Source: Clostridia bacterium (lineage in GTDB: Bacteria > Bacillota > Clostridia > Oscillospirales > CAG-272). From it: a stretch of 64,000 bases of DNA. The translations under genes were made by a program, and so were the position numbers. The stretch covers positions 1,929 through 65,928 of the forward strand of contig JAGATA010000031.1 in the NCBI GenBank assembly GCA_017621475.1, read 5' to 3'. The notes under the pieces are model-generated. The model saw only the letters and a list, made by a program, of their open reading frames with translations, searched no databases and was not told the origin of the DNA. This document shows, piece after piece, positions 50,367 to 60,110 of this stretch (positions within the stretch are counted from its first letter, which is position 1; the number at the start of each line of letters is the position of its first letter).

Positions 50367-53300
50367 ATGCCGAAGAGAACAGACTTAAAGAAAATACTTG
50401 TTATCGGTTCAGGTCCTATCATCATCGGTCAGGCTGCTGAATTCGACTATGCAGGCACACAGGCGTGCCTTGCTCTCAAAGAAGAAGGCTATGAAGTAGT
50501 CCTTGCAAACTCCAACCCCGCGACGATCATGACAGATACAACGATCGCGGACAAAATATATATGGAACCCTTGACGCTTGAATACGTTGCGAAGATCCTT
50601 CGCTATGAGCGCCCCGACGCTATCGTTCCCGGTATCGGCGGTCAGACGGGTCTTAACCTTGCTATGCAGCTTGAAAAGAAGGGCATCCTTCGCGAATGCG
50701 GAGTAGAGCTTCTCGGCACGAGCAGCGAATCCATTGAACGTGCGGAAGACCGCGAAGGCTTCAAAAAGCTTTGCGAAGATCTTGGCGAGCCCGTCCTCCC
50801 CTCTCTTATCGCGCATACGATCGAAGAAGGTCTTGCAGCCGCAGAAGAGATTGGCTACCCCGTAGTGCTTCGCCCCGCGTTCACGCTCGGCGGTACGGGC
50901 GGCGGCTTTGCGGACAACCCCGAAGAATGCACAGAGCTTCTTAAAAACGGTCTTAAACTCTCCCCCGTTTCCGAAGTCCTCGTTGAAAAGAGTATAAAAG
51001 GCTATAAAGAGATAGAATACGAGGTTATGCGCGACGCTAACGACACAGCCATCGCTATCTGTAATATGGAAAACGTGGATCCCGTCGGCATCCACACGGG
51101 CGACTCCATCGTTGTCTGCCCCACGCAGACTCTTACAAGCAAAGAATGCAATATGCTTAAAGAAAGTGCGCTCAAGATCATCCGCGCGCTCAAGGTAGAA
51201 GGCGGCTGTAACGTACAGTTTGCTCTCGATCCCCACTCCTTTGAATACTACCTTATCGAAGTTAACCCCCGCGTTTCCCGTTCCTCCGCGCTCGCATCCA
51301 AAGCCAGCGGCTATCCCATCGCAAGAGTTACGGCAAAGATCGCAGTAGGTATGACACTTGATGAGATCCAGCTTGCAAGCGCTCCCGCGGCTTGCGAACC
51401 CACGCTCGACTACGTTGTTGCAAAATTCCCCCGCTTCCCGTTCGATAAATTCGCGGCGGCAAACAACAAGCTTTCCACACAGATGAAAGCAACGGGTGAG
51501 GTTATGAGCCTTGGCAGAACTCTTGAAGAATGTATGCTCAAAGCAGTTCGTTCCCTTGAGATCGGCGTTTGCCATATGTACATGGCAAAATTCGACGAGT
51601 ACACGACGGATGCGCTTATGGACTACATTGCCATCGGCACGGACGACCGCATCTACGCTATTTCCGAGCTTCTCCGACGCGGCGTTGACATCAGCCTTAT
51701 CGCAAGCGCAACAAAGATCGATATGCTCTTCATTGAAAAGCTCAATAACATCGTTATTATGGAAAACGCTGTTAAGGCCGGAAAAGGTAATATCGAAGTT
51801 CTTAAAGACGCTAAAAAGATGGGCTTTTCCGATAAATATATCGCAAAACTTTGGAACTGCCCCGAAATCGATATTTATAATCTCCGCAAAGCAAACGGCA
51901 TTATTCCCGTTTACAAGATGATCGACACCTGCGGTGCGGAATTTGCAAGCTACGTTTCCTACTTCTACTCCACTTACGAAAACGAAAACGAATCCGTCGT
52001 ATCCGATAAGAAGAAGGTCATCGTTCTCGGCTCCGGTCCTATCCGTATCGGTCAGGGCGTAGAGTTCGACTATTCCTCCGTTCACGCTATCAAAACTATC
52101 AAAGCTTCCGGCTACGAAGCTATCATCATAAACAACAACCCCGAAACGGTTTCCACAGACTATACCTGCTCCGACAAGCTCTATTTCGAGCCTCTCACCG
52201 TAGAAGATGTTATGAACATCATCGATATGGAAAAACCGGACGGCGTTATCGCCTCCCTCGGCGGTCAGACAGCCATCAACCTTGCTGCTCCCCTTACGGA
52301 ACGCGGCGTTAAGATCATCGGTACGGACGCAGAAGCTCTTGACAGAGCAGAAAACCGCGATTCCTTTGAAAAGCTCCTCGAATCCCTCAACATTCCTCAG
52401 CCCAAGGGCAGAGCCGTTACAAAGATCGAAGACGGCGTTGCTGCTGCGGCAGAGATCGGATACCCCGTTCTCGTTCGTCCCTCCTTCGTTCTCGGCGGAC
52501 GCGCTATGCAGATCGTTGCAAACGAAGAAATGCTTCGCAATTACTTAAGAACAGCCGTTGAGATAGACGAAGACAAGCCCGTTCTTGTTGACAAATACAT
52601 CTCCGGCAGAGAAGTTGAGGTTGACGCAGTTTGCGACGGCGAAAACGTATTCGTTCCCGGTATTATGGAGCTTGTAGAGCGTACGGGCGTTCACTCCGGT
52701 GACTCCATCTCCGTTTACCCCTCCTTCACACTTTCCGATAAAGTTAAAGAAACTATCCTCGATTACACAAAACGCCTTGGTATCGGCATCGGTATCGTAG
52801 GTCTTTACAATATCCAATTCATCGTTGATAAATCCGAAAAGGTATATATCATCGAAGTTAACCCCCGTTCCTCCAGAACAGTTCCCTTCCTTTCCAAATC
52901 CACGGGTTATTCCCTTGCGGACATCGGTACTCTTGCAATACTCGGCAAGACACTTCCCGAACAGGGCATAACAACTATCTACCCCGAAGAAAAGAAACGC
53001 CACTACGTAAAAGTTCCCGCGTTCTCCTTCTCCAAGCTCCGCGGTCTTGACGCATACCTCTCCCCCGAAATGAAGTCCACAGGCGAAGCTATCGGTTATG
53101 ACGACAGCCTTAACCGCGCACTTTACAAAGCTCTCCAGGCTTCCGGTATGCAGGTTATGAACTACGGTACTGTATTTGCAACCATCGCAGATGCAGACAA
53201 GGAAGAAGCTCTTCCCCTCATCCGCCGCTTCTACAACATGGGCTTCAATATCGAAGCTACGGCAGGTACAGCCGCATTCCTCAAGGAACACGGCATCCGC

Positions 53301-53543
53301 ACAAGAGTTAAGAAGAAGATCAGCGAAGGCAGTGAAGAAATTCTCGATTCCATCCGTCAGGGCTACGTAACTTACGTTATCAACACAAGAAACCTTGACG
53401 CTTCCGGCACAACGTCCGACGGCTTCCAGATCCGTCAGTGCGCAACTGAAAACAACGTTTCCATCTTCACTTCTCTCGACACACTCAAAGTTCTCCTCGA
53501 CGTACTCGAAGAGCAGACGATCTGCATCTCCACGATCAACTGA
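50367..53543 (+). CDS. carB: Carbamoyl-phosphate synthase large subunit (1058 aa)
   Basis: Duplicated ATP-grasp halves ([24 protein letters not shown] and [24 protein letters not shown]), an oligomerisation domain and an MGS-like C-terminal domain. Confidence 0.97.
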   Translation: MPKRTDLKKILVIGSGPIIIGQAAEFDYAGTQACLALKEEGYEVVLANSNPATIMTDTTIADKIYMEPLTLEYVAKILRYERPDAIVPGIGGQTGLNLAMQLEKKGILRECGVELLGTSSESIERAEDREGFKKLCEDLGEPVLPSLIAHTIEEGLAAAEEIGYPVVLRPAFTLGGTGGGFADNPEECTELLKNGLKLSPVSEVLVEKSIKGYKEIEYEVMRDANDTAIAICNMENVDPVGIHTGDSIVVCPTQTLTSKECNMLKESALKIIRALKVEGGCNVQFALDPHSFEYYLIEVNPRVSRSSALASKASGYPIARVTAKIAVGMTLDEIQLASAPAACEPTLDYVVAKFPRFPFDKFAAANNKLSTQMKATGEVMSLGRTLEECMLKAVRSLEIGVCHMYMAKFDEYTTDALMDYIAIGTDDRIYAISELLRRGVDISLIASATKIDMLFIEKLNNIVIMENAVKAGKGNIEVLKDAKKMGFSDKYIAKLWNCPEIDIYNLRKANGIIPVYKMIDTCGAEFASYVSYFYSTYENENESVVSDKKKVIVLGSGPIRIGQGVEFDYSSVHAIKTIKASGYEAIIINNNPETVSTDYTCSDKLYFEPLTVEDVMNIIDMEKPDGVIASLGGQTAINLAAPLTERGVKIIGTDAEALDRAENRDSFEKLLESLNIPQPKGRAVTKIEDGVAAAAEIGYPVLVRPSFVLGGRAMQIVANEEMLRNYLRTAVEIDEDKPVLVDKYISGREVEVDAVCDGENVFVPGIMELVERTGVHSGDSISVYPSFTLSDKVKETILDYTKRLGIGIGIVGLYNIQFIVDKSEKVYIIEVNPRSSRTVPFLSKSTGYSLADIGTLAILGKTLPEQGITTIYPEEKKRHYVKVPAFSFSKLRGLDAYLSPEMKSTGEAIGYDDSLNRALYKALQASGMQVMNYGTVFATIADADKEEALPLIRRFYNMGFNIEATAGTAAFLKEHGIRTRVKKKISEGSEEILDSIRQGYVTYVINTRNLDASGTTSDGFQIRQCATENNVSIFTSLDTLKVLLDVLEEQTICISTIN

Positions 53544-53554
53544 AAGGACAGGAA

Positions 53555-54289
53555 ATGACAACAGAAAGCATTTTTACGATAATATCTAACGAAAAGATCG
53601 CAAAAAACACTTATAAAATGGTTCTCTCGGGCACAGCGGAAGGCTGTGCTCCGGGAAAATTCGTCAATATAAAAATTGACGGATTCTTCCTTCGCCGCCC
53701 CATATCCGTTTGCGATCAACAAGGCGATAAGCTCACCCTCGTTTATAAGGCTTTGGGCAAGGGCACAGAAAAAATGGCGGCTATGACAGCAGGCGAAAAG
53801 CTCAACATCCTCGCATATCTTGGCAACGGCTACGAACTTTCCAAAAGCGGAGATACCCCGCTTCTCATCGGCGGCGGCGTTGGCGTTCCTCCCCTCTATA
53901 TGTGCGCAAGAAAGCTTCGCGAAGAAGGAAAGAGTGTAACCGTTATCCTCGGCTTCAACACAGCGGAAGAAGTTTTCTATAAAGATGAATTTGAAGCCCT
54001 CGGTGCGCGCGTGCTCGTTGCTACGGCAGACGGAAGCGTTGGCACAAAAGGCTTTGTAACGGACGCTATGAAAGAAGTATCTACATACTCCTACTTCTAC
54101 ACCTGCGGTCCCGAACCCATGCTCAAAGCAGTTTATGGTGCAACGGCAACCTCCGGCGAGTTCAGCTTTGAAGAACGTATGGGCTGCGGCTTCGGCGCGT
54201 GCGTTGGCTGCACCTGCAAAACAAAATACGGCAACAAGCGCATCTGCAAAGACGGCCCCGTTCTTGTTAAGGAGGAGATCATATGGTAA
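53555..54289 (+). CDS. pyrK: Dihydroorotate dehydrogenase B electron-transfer subunit (244 aa)
   Basis: FAD/NAD-binding fold ([14 protein letters not shown]) and C-terminal 2Fe-2S motif [11 protein letters not shown]...C. Confidence 0.9.
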   Translation: MTTESIFTIISNEKIAKNTYKMVLSGTAEGCAPGKFVNIKIDGFFLRRPISVCDQQGDKLTLVYKALGKGTEKMAAMTAGEKLNILAYLGNGYELSKSGDTPLLIGGGVGVPPLYMCARKLREEGKSVTVILGFNTAEEVFYKDEFEALGARVLVATADGSVGTKGFVTDAMKEVSTYSYFYTCGPEPMLKAVYGATATSGEFSFEERMGCGFGACVGCTCKTKYGNKRICKDGPVLVKEEIIW

Positions 54290-55194
54290 ACACAAAAGTT
54301 ACACTTTCAGGTGTTGAACTCGACAACCCCATTATCCCCGCCAGCGGCACTTTCGGCTTCGGCTATGAAATGGCAGAGTTCTATGATATAAACATTCTCG
54401 GCACGTTTTCCTTCAAGGGTACAACGGCAGAGCCCCGCTTCGGCAACCCCACACCCAGAATTGCGGAAACACCCTCCGGTATGCTCAACGCGGTTGGTCT
54501 TCAGAACCCCGGCGTTGACAAAGTTATTGCGGAAGAGCTTCCCAAGATGGAAAAGGTGTTCCACAAAAAAGTTATGGCAAATATCAGCGGTTTTTCCGTT
54601 AAGGAATACGCCGAAACAGCAGAAAAGCTCGACGCGGTTGACAGCGTCGGTCTTCTCGAAGTAAACATCAGCTGCCCCAATGTTCACGGCGGCGGTATCA
54701 GCTTCGGTACGGACGCAAATTCGGCTTATGAGGTTACAAAAGCCGTTAAAGCGGTAACCAAAAAGCCCGTTTATATGAAACTTTCCCCCAATGTAACAGA
54801 CATCACAGAGATCGCACGCGCATGCGAAGCCGCAGGCGCAGACGGCATTTCTCTTATCAACACACTTATGGGTATGCGAATCGATCTTCGCCGCAGAACT
54901 CCCATCATTAAAAACAAAACAGGCGGTCTTTCCGGTCCTGCCATCTTCCCCGTTGCGGTAAGAATGGTTTACCAGGTTTACGACGCAGTTAAAATTCCGA
55001 TCATCGGTATGGGCGGCGTACAGAGCGCGGAAGACGTTATAGAGCTTATGCTCGCGGGCGCAACAGCGGTTCAGGTAGGTGCTGCAAACCTTGTTTCCCC
55101 ATGCATCTGCCGCGACATCATCAACGATTTGCCCGCAACAATGGACAAATACGGTATAACAAATCTTACAGATATTATAGGAGGCGCACACTAA
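54283..55194 (+). CDS. pyrD: Dihydroorotate dehydrogenase B catalytic subunit (303 aa)
   Basis: Overlaps the pyrK stop. [25 protein letters not shown] (catalytic Cys, class 1), GGLSGPAI. Confidence 0.95.
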   Translation: MVNTKVTLSGVELDNPIIPASGTFGFGYEMAEFYDINILGTFSFKGTTAEPRFGNPTPRIAETPSGMLNAVGLQNPGVDKVIAEELPKMEKVFHKKVMANISGFSVKEYAETAEKLDAVDSVGLLEVNISCPNVHGGGISFGTDANSAYEVTKAVKAVTKKPVYMKLSPNVTDITEIARACEAAGADGISLINTLMGMRIDLRRRTPIIKNKTGGLSGPAIFPVAVRMVYQVYDAVKIPIIGMGGVQSAEDVIELMLAGATAVQVGAANLVSPCICRDIINDLPATMDKYGITNLTDIIGGAH

Positions 55195-55892
55195 TGGGAA
55201 AAGACGTAATTATTGCTTGTGACTTTGACAGCGCGGAAAAAGTTTTCGCATTCCTTGATAAATTCACAGGCAGAAAACCCTTTGTAAAAATCGGCATGGA
55301 ACTTTATTATGCAGAAGGTCCTTCCATAGTTCGTGAGATCAAAAAGAGAGGTCACAAAATATTCCTCGACCTCAAGCTTCACGACATCCCCAACACAGTT
55401 AAAAAATCTATGGCGGTTCTCTCCCGCCTTGACGTTGATATGACTAACCTTCACGCTGCCGGCACAGGCCGCATGATGGAAGCAGCTATCGAAGGTCTTA
55501 CACGCGAAGACGGCACACGTCCCATGCTCATCGCCGTAACACAGCTCACATCCACAGACGAAGAAACAATGAAGAAAGACCTTCTCATTGACAAGCCCAT
55601 CGCAGACGTTGTTATGCATTACGCTCACAACGCAAAGGTTGCAGGTCTTGACGGCGTTGTTTGCTCTCCCCTTGAAGCAGGCAAGGTTCACGAAACTTGC
55701 GGCGCAGGCTTTGTAACGGTTACACCCGGCGTTCGCTTTGCAGACGGCGACATCGGCGACCAGAAGCGCGTTATGACACCCGCAGAAGCTAAGAAGATCG
55801 GCTCCGACTACATCGTTGTCGGCAGACCCATCACAGCAGCGGAAGATCCCGTTGCCGCATACGAAAGATGCGTTGCCGAATTTATTGACTAA
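55194..55892 (+). CDS. pyrF: Orotidine 5'-phosphate decarboxylase (232 aa)
   Basis: GGAGG RBS. ATG 55194 shares a base with the pyrD TAA (TAATG). Motifs [23 protein letters not shown]. Confidence 0.95.
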   Translation: MGKDVIIACDFDSAEKVFAFLDKFTGRKPFVKIGMELYYAEGPSIVREIKKRGHKIFLDLKLHDIPNTVKKSMAVLSRLDVDMTNLHAAGTGRMMEAAIEGLTREDGTRPMLIAVTQLTSTDEETMKKDLLIDKPIADVVMHYAHNAKVAGLDGVVCSPLEAGKVHETCGAGFVTVTPGVRFADGDIGDQKRVMTPAEAKKIGSDYIVVGRPITAAEDPVAAYERCVAEFID

Positions 55893-56430
55893 GTTACCTT
55901 TCTTGAAAGAAAGGTAACCCAAAGAACTTTCCTCAAAAGTTAATTTGATTTTTTGTTGGAAATTCAAGCTTCACCCTTTTGGAGAAAAAGTAACCAAAAA
56001 GAACTTTGCTCGAAGTCACCTGTCTTCCTCTTGCGAACAAGTTATCTTATTCAACTTTTTCTTGTTTAAAGAAAAAGTTGCAAAAAGATAAAAAACCGTG
56101 CCGGTTTATCGCTGTCGAAAGGCAGAGCGGCTCCTTGTCCGCTACCGCACGTTTTTCACTCACTAAAGTTCGCAAAAAACGCACGGAATCCCGCGGAGGT
56201 CACTCGAGTTCTGAGCTTAATTGAAGCGCGCGATAGTAAAATCGAAATTTTTGATATAAAATATCACGCGTTTTAATAAAAAATCTGAACCCTCTTCCCG
56301 ACGTTCGAGTTGAGCGTGCTTGCACGCGATTGTCTGAGAACGATAACTCATATTCGAGTCCGCACAAGCGGATAAAGCGAAGGGCTTTTTGCTTCTTTTT
56401 GCAACTTTTTCTTTCAAAAAGAAAAAGTTG
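55893..56430. repeat. Hairpin-bounded intergenic repeat element, copy B (related to 47474-47820), filling the pyrF-pyrE spacer
   Basis: Palindromes GTTACCTTTC-TTGAA-AGAAAGGTAAC (55893-55918), CAACTTTTTCTT-GTTTA-AAGAAAAAGTTG (about 56050-56078) and CAACTTTTTCTTT-CAA-AAAGAAAAAGTTG (56402-56430). Conserved blocks CGACGTTCGAGTTGAGCG (56299-) and GTCTGAGAACGATAAC..AGTCCGCACA..CTTTTTGCTTCTTTTTGC. Confidence 0.75.
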
Positions 56431-56457
56431 ACTAAAACACACAAAGGAGATATACCA

Positions 56458-57114
56458 ATGGAATCTTACAAAAGAGAGTTTATACAGTTTCTTGAAAGCG
56501 CAGGCGTTCTCAAATTCGGCGATTTTACTGCAAAAAGTGGCAGAAAGATCCCTTATTTCGTAAACGCAGGCGAAATTAAAACAGGAGAACAGATCGCAAA
56601 GCTCGGCGAATTCTACGCAAAGAGCTACCTTGAAAAAGTAGGCAATAAAAAAACAGTCCTCTACGGACCTGCATATAAAGGCATTTCCATCGCCGTTTCT
56701 TCCTCCATCGCTCTTGCAAAAAGCGGTCTTGACGTTCCCTTCTTCTTCAACAGAAAAGAAGCTAAGGACCACGGCGAAGGCGGTATTTTCGTAGGCTACG
56801 TTCCGAAGGCAGGCGAAGAGATCGTTATCGTTGAAGACGTTATCACAGCAGGCACAGCTATCCGCGAAAGCATGGAAAACCTTTCCGCACTCGAAGGCAC
56901 AAAGGTTGCCGCTACATTCGTTATGGTTGACCGCAAGGAAGTTGGCAAGGGCGGCGTAAAATCCGCTATGGCAGAGATCGCAGACGAATTCGGTTTCCCC
57001 GTTTACTCCGTTGTTGACGTTTACGACATCATCGAATACCTCGAAGAAGACGAAAAGAACGCTGAAAACGTTACTCGCATCAAAAACTACCTCGCTATCA
57101 ACGGCGCAAAATAA
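56458..57114 (+). CDS. pyrE: Orotate phosphoribosyltransferase (218 aa)
   Basis: AAGGAGA RBS then ATG 56458; the track start 56389 lies in the repeat. GDFT..SGR...YF.N, and PRPP loop VIVEDVITAGTA. Confidence 0.93.
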   Translation: MESYKREFIQFLESAGVLKFGDFTAKSGRKIPYFVNAGEIKTGEQIAKLGEFYAKSYLEKVGNKKTVLYGPAYKGISIAVSSSIALAKSGLDVPFFFNRKEAKDHGEGGIFVGYVPKAGEEIVIVEDVITAGTAIRESMENLSALEGTKVAATFVMVDRKEVGKGGVKSAMAEIADEFGFPVYSVVDVYDIIEYLEEDEKNAENVTRIKNYLAINGAK

Positions 57115-57123
57115 TTACACAAA

Positions 57124-57156
57124 AAAACAGGCGGACGAAAACTCCGCCTGTTTTGG
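57124..57156 (+). terminator. Hairpin with U-tract between pyrE and pyrB (terminator or attenuator)
   Basis: AAAACAGGCGGA-CGAAAAC-TCCGCCTGTTTT followed by GG. Located 10 nt after the pyrE stop and 26 nt before the pyrB ATG. Confidence 0.65.
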
Positions 57157-57181
57157 AATACAACAGAACGGAGATACAAAA

Positions 57182-58264
57182 ATGAGAAGCCTTATAGATA
57201 TTCTTGATCTTTCTCTTGAAGAGATAGATTCACTTATAGCAACTGCATCCGACATTAAGAAAAATCCCGCAAAATATGCGGATAAATGCCGCGGCAAAAA
57301 GCTTGCAACACTCTTTTTCGAGCCTTCCACAAGAACAAGACTTAGCTTTGAAGCCGCTATGTACGAGCTCGGCGGCAACGTCCTCGGTTTTTCGGAGGCA
57401 AACTCCTCCTCTGCCTCAAAGGGCGAAAGTATGGCAGACACGGCAAAAGTCGTAAGCGGATATGCAGACATTATGGCGATCCGCCACCCTAAAGAGGGTG
57501 CGCCACTTGTAGCCGCTAAAAATGCTTACGTTCCGATCATCAACGCGGGCGATGGCGGTCACAACCACCCCACGCAGACCCTTGCAGACCTCTGCACGAT
57601 CAAAAACGAAAAAGGCAGACTTACAGACCTTACGGTTGGTTTCTGCGGTGACCTTAAATTCGGCAGGACGGTTCACTCTCTTCTTGCCGCTCTCTCCCGT
57701 TATACGGGCATCAAGGTCGTGCTCATCTCCCCCAAGGAGCTTCGCATCCCCAGCTACGTTAAACACGAGACAATCGGCAGATCCGGTATGGAATATATTG
57801 AAACGGAAAGCCTTGAAGAAGCACTCCCCCAGCTCGACGTTCTCTATATGACGCGCATTCAGAAGGAGCGTTTCTCCTACGTTGAAGATTATGAACGCCT
57901 TAAAGACAGCTACATACTCTCCGTAGATAAGCTCGCGTGCGCGAAAGACGATCTTTGCATTATGCATCCGCTTCCCCGCGTAAACGAAATTTCCGTTGCG
58001 GTTGATAACGACCACCGCGCGCGCTACTTCGAGCAAACGCTCTACGGCAAATATATGCGTATGGCTCTCATCCTCTTCCTGCTTGACGAAAAACAAAAAA
58101 ACGCAGGCGAACGCGAAGAAAAATACCGCCTTGTTCACAATAAAGTTTGCGTAAATCCCAACTGCATCACATCCACAGAGCAGGAACTTCCCCAGATATT
58201 CCGCTGTGTAAACGAAGAAGAAAGCGTTTACCGTTGCATCTGGTGCGAAAGCCGTGCGAAATAA
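57182..58264 (+). CDS. pyrB: Aspartate carbamoyltransferase catalytic chain fused to a PyrI-type zinc domain (360 aa)
   Basis: ACGGAGA RBS then ATG 57182. PyrB motifs STRTR, HPTQ, HPLPRV over ~304 aa. Then a 56-aa tail with CVNPNCITS...YRCIWCE, the four-Cys zinc domain of the regulatory chain. No separate pyrI follows. Confidence 0.85.
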   Translation: MRSLIDILDLSLEEIDSLIATASDIKKNPAKYADKCRGKKLATLFFEPSTRTRLSFEAAMYELGGNVLGFSEANSSSASKGESMADTAKVVSGYADIMAIRHPKEGAPLVAAKNAYVPIINAGDGGHNHPTQTLADLCTIKNEKGRLTDLTVGFCGDLKFGRTVHSLLAALSRYTGIKVVLISPKELRIPSYVKHETIGRSGMEYIETESLEEALPQLDVLYMTRIQKERFSYVEDYERLKDSYILSVDKLACAKDDLCIMHPLPRVNEISVAVDNDHRARYFEQTLYGKYMRMALILFLLDEKQKNAGEREEKYRLVHNKVCVNPNCITSTEQELPQIFRCVNEEESVYRCIWCESRAK

Positions 58265-58281
58265 AAGTTTTCGTTACACAA

Positions 58282-58317
58282 AAAAATCCGATACGGTAGG
58301 AACCGTATCGGATTTTC
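58282..58317. terminator. Bidirectional terminator between pyrB and the convergent lipoprotein gene
   Basis: AAAAATCCGATACGGT-AGGA-ACCGTATCGGATTTT. Confidence 0.8.
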
Positions 58318-58321
58318 TTCT

Positions 58322-59902
58322 TTAATATAAAATATCAGTTGTTATCTCTTGGAAACTCCAATAACCATCCGGGAAAGTTATTTCAACATCTTCGCCGAGG
58401 TTTTTGAATTCCACGCTTGCCTCAATGCTCGTATAAATAGTCTGATCGTTTCCAATCGGTATTTCCACCGCGTAGATGAGCGCATAGCTCTTTATAAATC
58501 CGTTTGCATCTATCACAACGTTAACGCAAGGCGCGTATATCTTATATTCGTTCACGGGAGCGCCCATTATGCTGTAATTGAGCTCGTTCACAAGAACGGA
58601 AAATTCTTTTGCAAAAATCGTTGCATCGGGCATCGCAGTAATATTTATCTCACCACCCAAAACCGAAACAGAAGCGTTTTTCATCGCATTCGCAGAAAGC
58701 GCTTTTACAATATCGAACGCAGGAGAGGTAGATTTATAATCGCTCTTCGCCACGCTTTCGCTGAATTTAAAGCTTTCGTTGTTATCGCGGTAGTAATAAT
58801 ATCCGTTTTCGTAATATATATCGTAAGCTTCCTTGGAATCTCCCAGCGTTATCTGCATATTATGTGAAACAGAGGGGGACGATGCAAGGTTCTTTGCGCG
58901 GACAATATCCGATATTGTGAAGCCCGCCTTATTTGCACCGATCTGCATTTCCGCAGACATAAGGCAATCGGCGTAAATATCATCAAGGCTTTTCATAAAA
59001 TCAACTCTCTCGGAAAGAAGAACGTATGCCATTTCATCTGCGGCAATCTCTTTATAGGAAGCATAACCCTCGGGTGCTGTAACGGAAACGTCGCCGTATT
59101 TTTCGAAATCGATGCTCCATACCATATCGATATTGCTTTTTGCGTGCATTACGCCTATCTGCACAGCCCAATCAAAATGGAGAGATACGGTGTAAACGTC
59201 TATATAGCCCTTAGCGTTTGTGGTTGCGCGAACGGAAGCGCCGGTAAACTTGATCTCGCCAAGCCCGCTTTCCTCAAAGGAGCTTACGGTTTCTTTTATA
59301 ATATCATCAAAATCTTTTTCGCAATCCTCTGCGCTTGCGTTGACAATGACGGATTTTCCGCCGTTAAGATCCGTCACGGGAACGGAATCATAGCAAGATT
59401 CGGAAAGAGGGAGAAAATATTTATCTATTTCGGCGAAATAGTCATAGGCATCGCCGCCGCGGCTTGCGGGGAGCTTGACTTTTATGCCGTATGAATCCAC
59501 ATAGTAATTATTATTTTCAAAATAAACGTTCGTATCTATCTTTTCGGAGCCTTCCGTATATTCGGAAAACGCGGAAAAACGTAAGGAGGACGTATTAACA
59601 CCTTGCGCATTTATTTTTGTTTTTACGGTTGTGCTTTCATTTACACTGAGGTATTGAATGGAAAAGTGGGAATTCGTCGTTGCGCTGAAGGAGGAAAGAT
59701 CCGTCGTTTTATTTATCGCGTTCAAAACAACGTCGTATGCGCTTTTATTTTCGGGCGAAGTTTGAGGCTGTTCCGTGGTCGCGCCCGAGGTCGTCGTTTG
59801 TTCGACTCCGTTTGTTTTTTCGGGTCCCATTATCGTTTTTGTGCAAGCGGCAAGCGAGAACATAAGAGCAAGCGCAAGCACAAGAGATATTATTTTCTTC
59901 AT
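58322..59902 (-). CDS. Hypothetical lipoprotein (526 aa)
   Basis: AAGGAG RBS then ATG 59902 (internal Met of the track ORF). Signal MKKIISLVLALALMFSLAAC with lipobox LAAC. The mature part has no family I recognise. Confidence 0.7.
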   Translation of the reverse strand: MKKIISLVLALALMFSLAACTKTIMGPEKTNGVEQTTTSGATTEQPQTSPENKSAYDVVLNAINKTTDLSSFSATTNSHFSIQYLSVNESTTVKTKINAQGVNTSSLRFSAFSEYTEGSEKIDTNVYFENNNYYVDSYGIKVKLPASRGGDAYDYFAEIDKYFLPLSESCYDSVPVTDLNGGKSVIVNASAEDCEKDFDDIIKETVSSFEESGLGEIKFTGASVRATTNAKGYIDVYTVSLHFDWAVQIGVMHAKSNIDMVWSIDFEKYGDVSVTAPEGYASYKEIAADEMAYVLLSERVDFMKSLDDIYADCLMSAEMQIGANKAGFTISDIVRAKNLASSPSVSHNMQITLGDSKEAYDIYYENGYYYYRDNNESFKFSESVAKSDYKSTSPAFDIVKALSANAMKNASVSVLGGEINITAMPDATIFAKEFSVLVNELNYSIMGAPVNEYKIYAPCVNVVIDANGFIKSYALIYAVEIPIGNDQTIYTSIEASVEFKNLGEDVEITFPDGYWSFQEITTDILY

Positions 59903-60012
59903 TGTATAATCTCCTTGATGATTCGTGTAAATACAGTATAGCATACGGAGTTTTATTATTCAAGAGGGTGTTAAAAAAAGATTTTTTGCCAAAAATTCAA
60001 TTTTTCATCTTA

Positions 60013-60033
60013 GGGGAGGCGTTTCGCCTCCCG
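60013..60033. repeat. GGGGAGGCG-TTTCG-CCTCCC hairpin repeat, copy 3 of 3
   Basis: GGGGAGGCGTTTCGCCTCCCG, a perfect 8-bp stem, followed by TTTTTATTAAAATT. Confidence 0.7.
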
Positions 60034-60071
60034 TTTTTATTAAAATTCTCTCAAAAATCGCGAGTTTCACG

Positions 60072-60100
60072 AAAAAAGGAAAGGTCGCCCTTTCCTTTTT
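60072..60100 (-). terminator. Terminator of the M3 peptidase gene
   Basis: AAAAAGGAAAGG-TCGC-CCTTTCCTTTTT, 10 nt after the stop at 60111. Confidence 0.75.
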
Positions 60101-60110
60101 CAATTATTTC

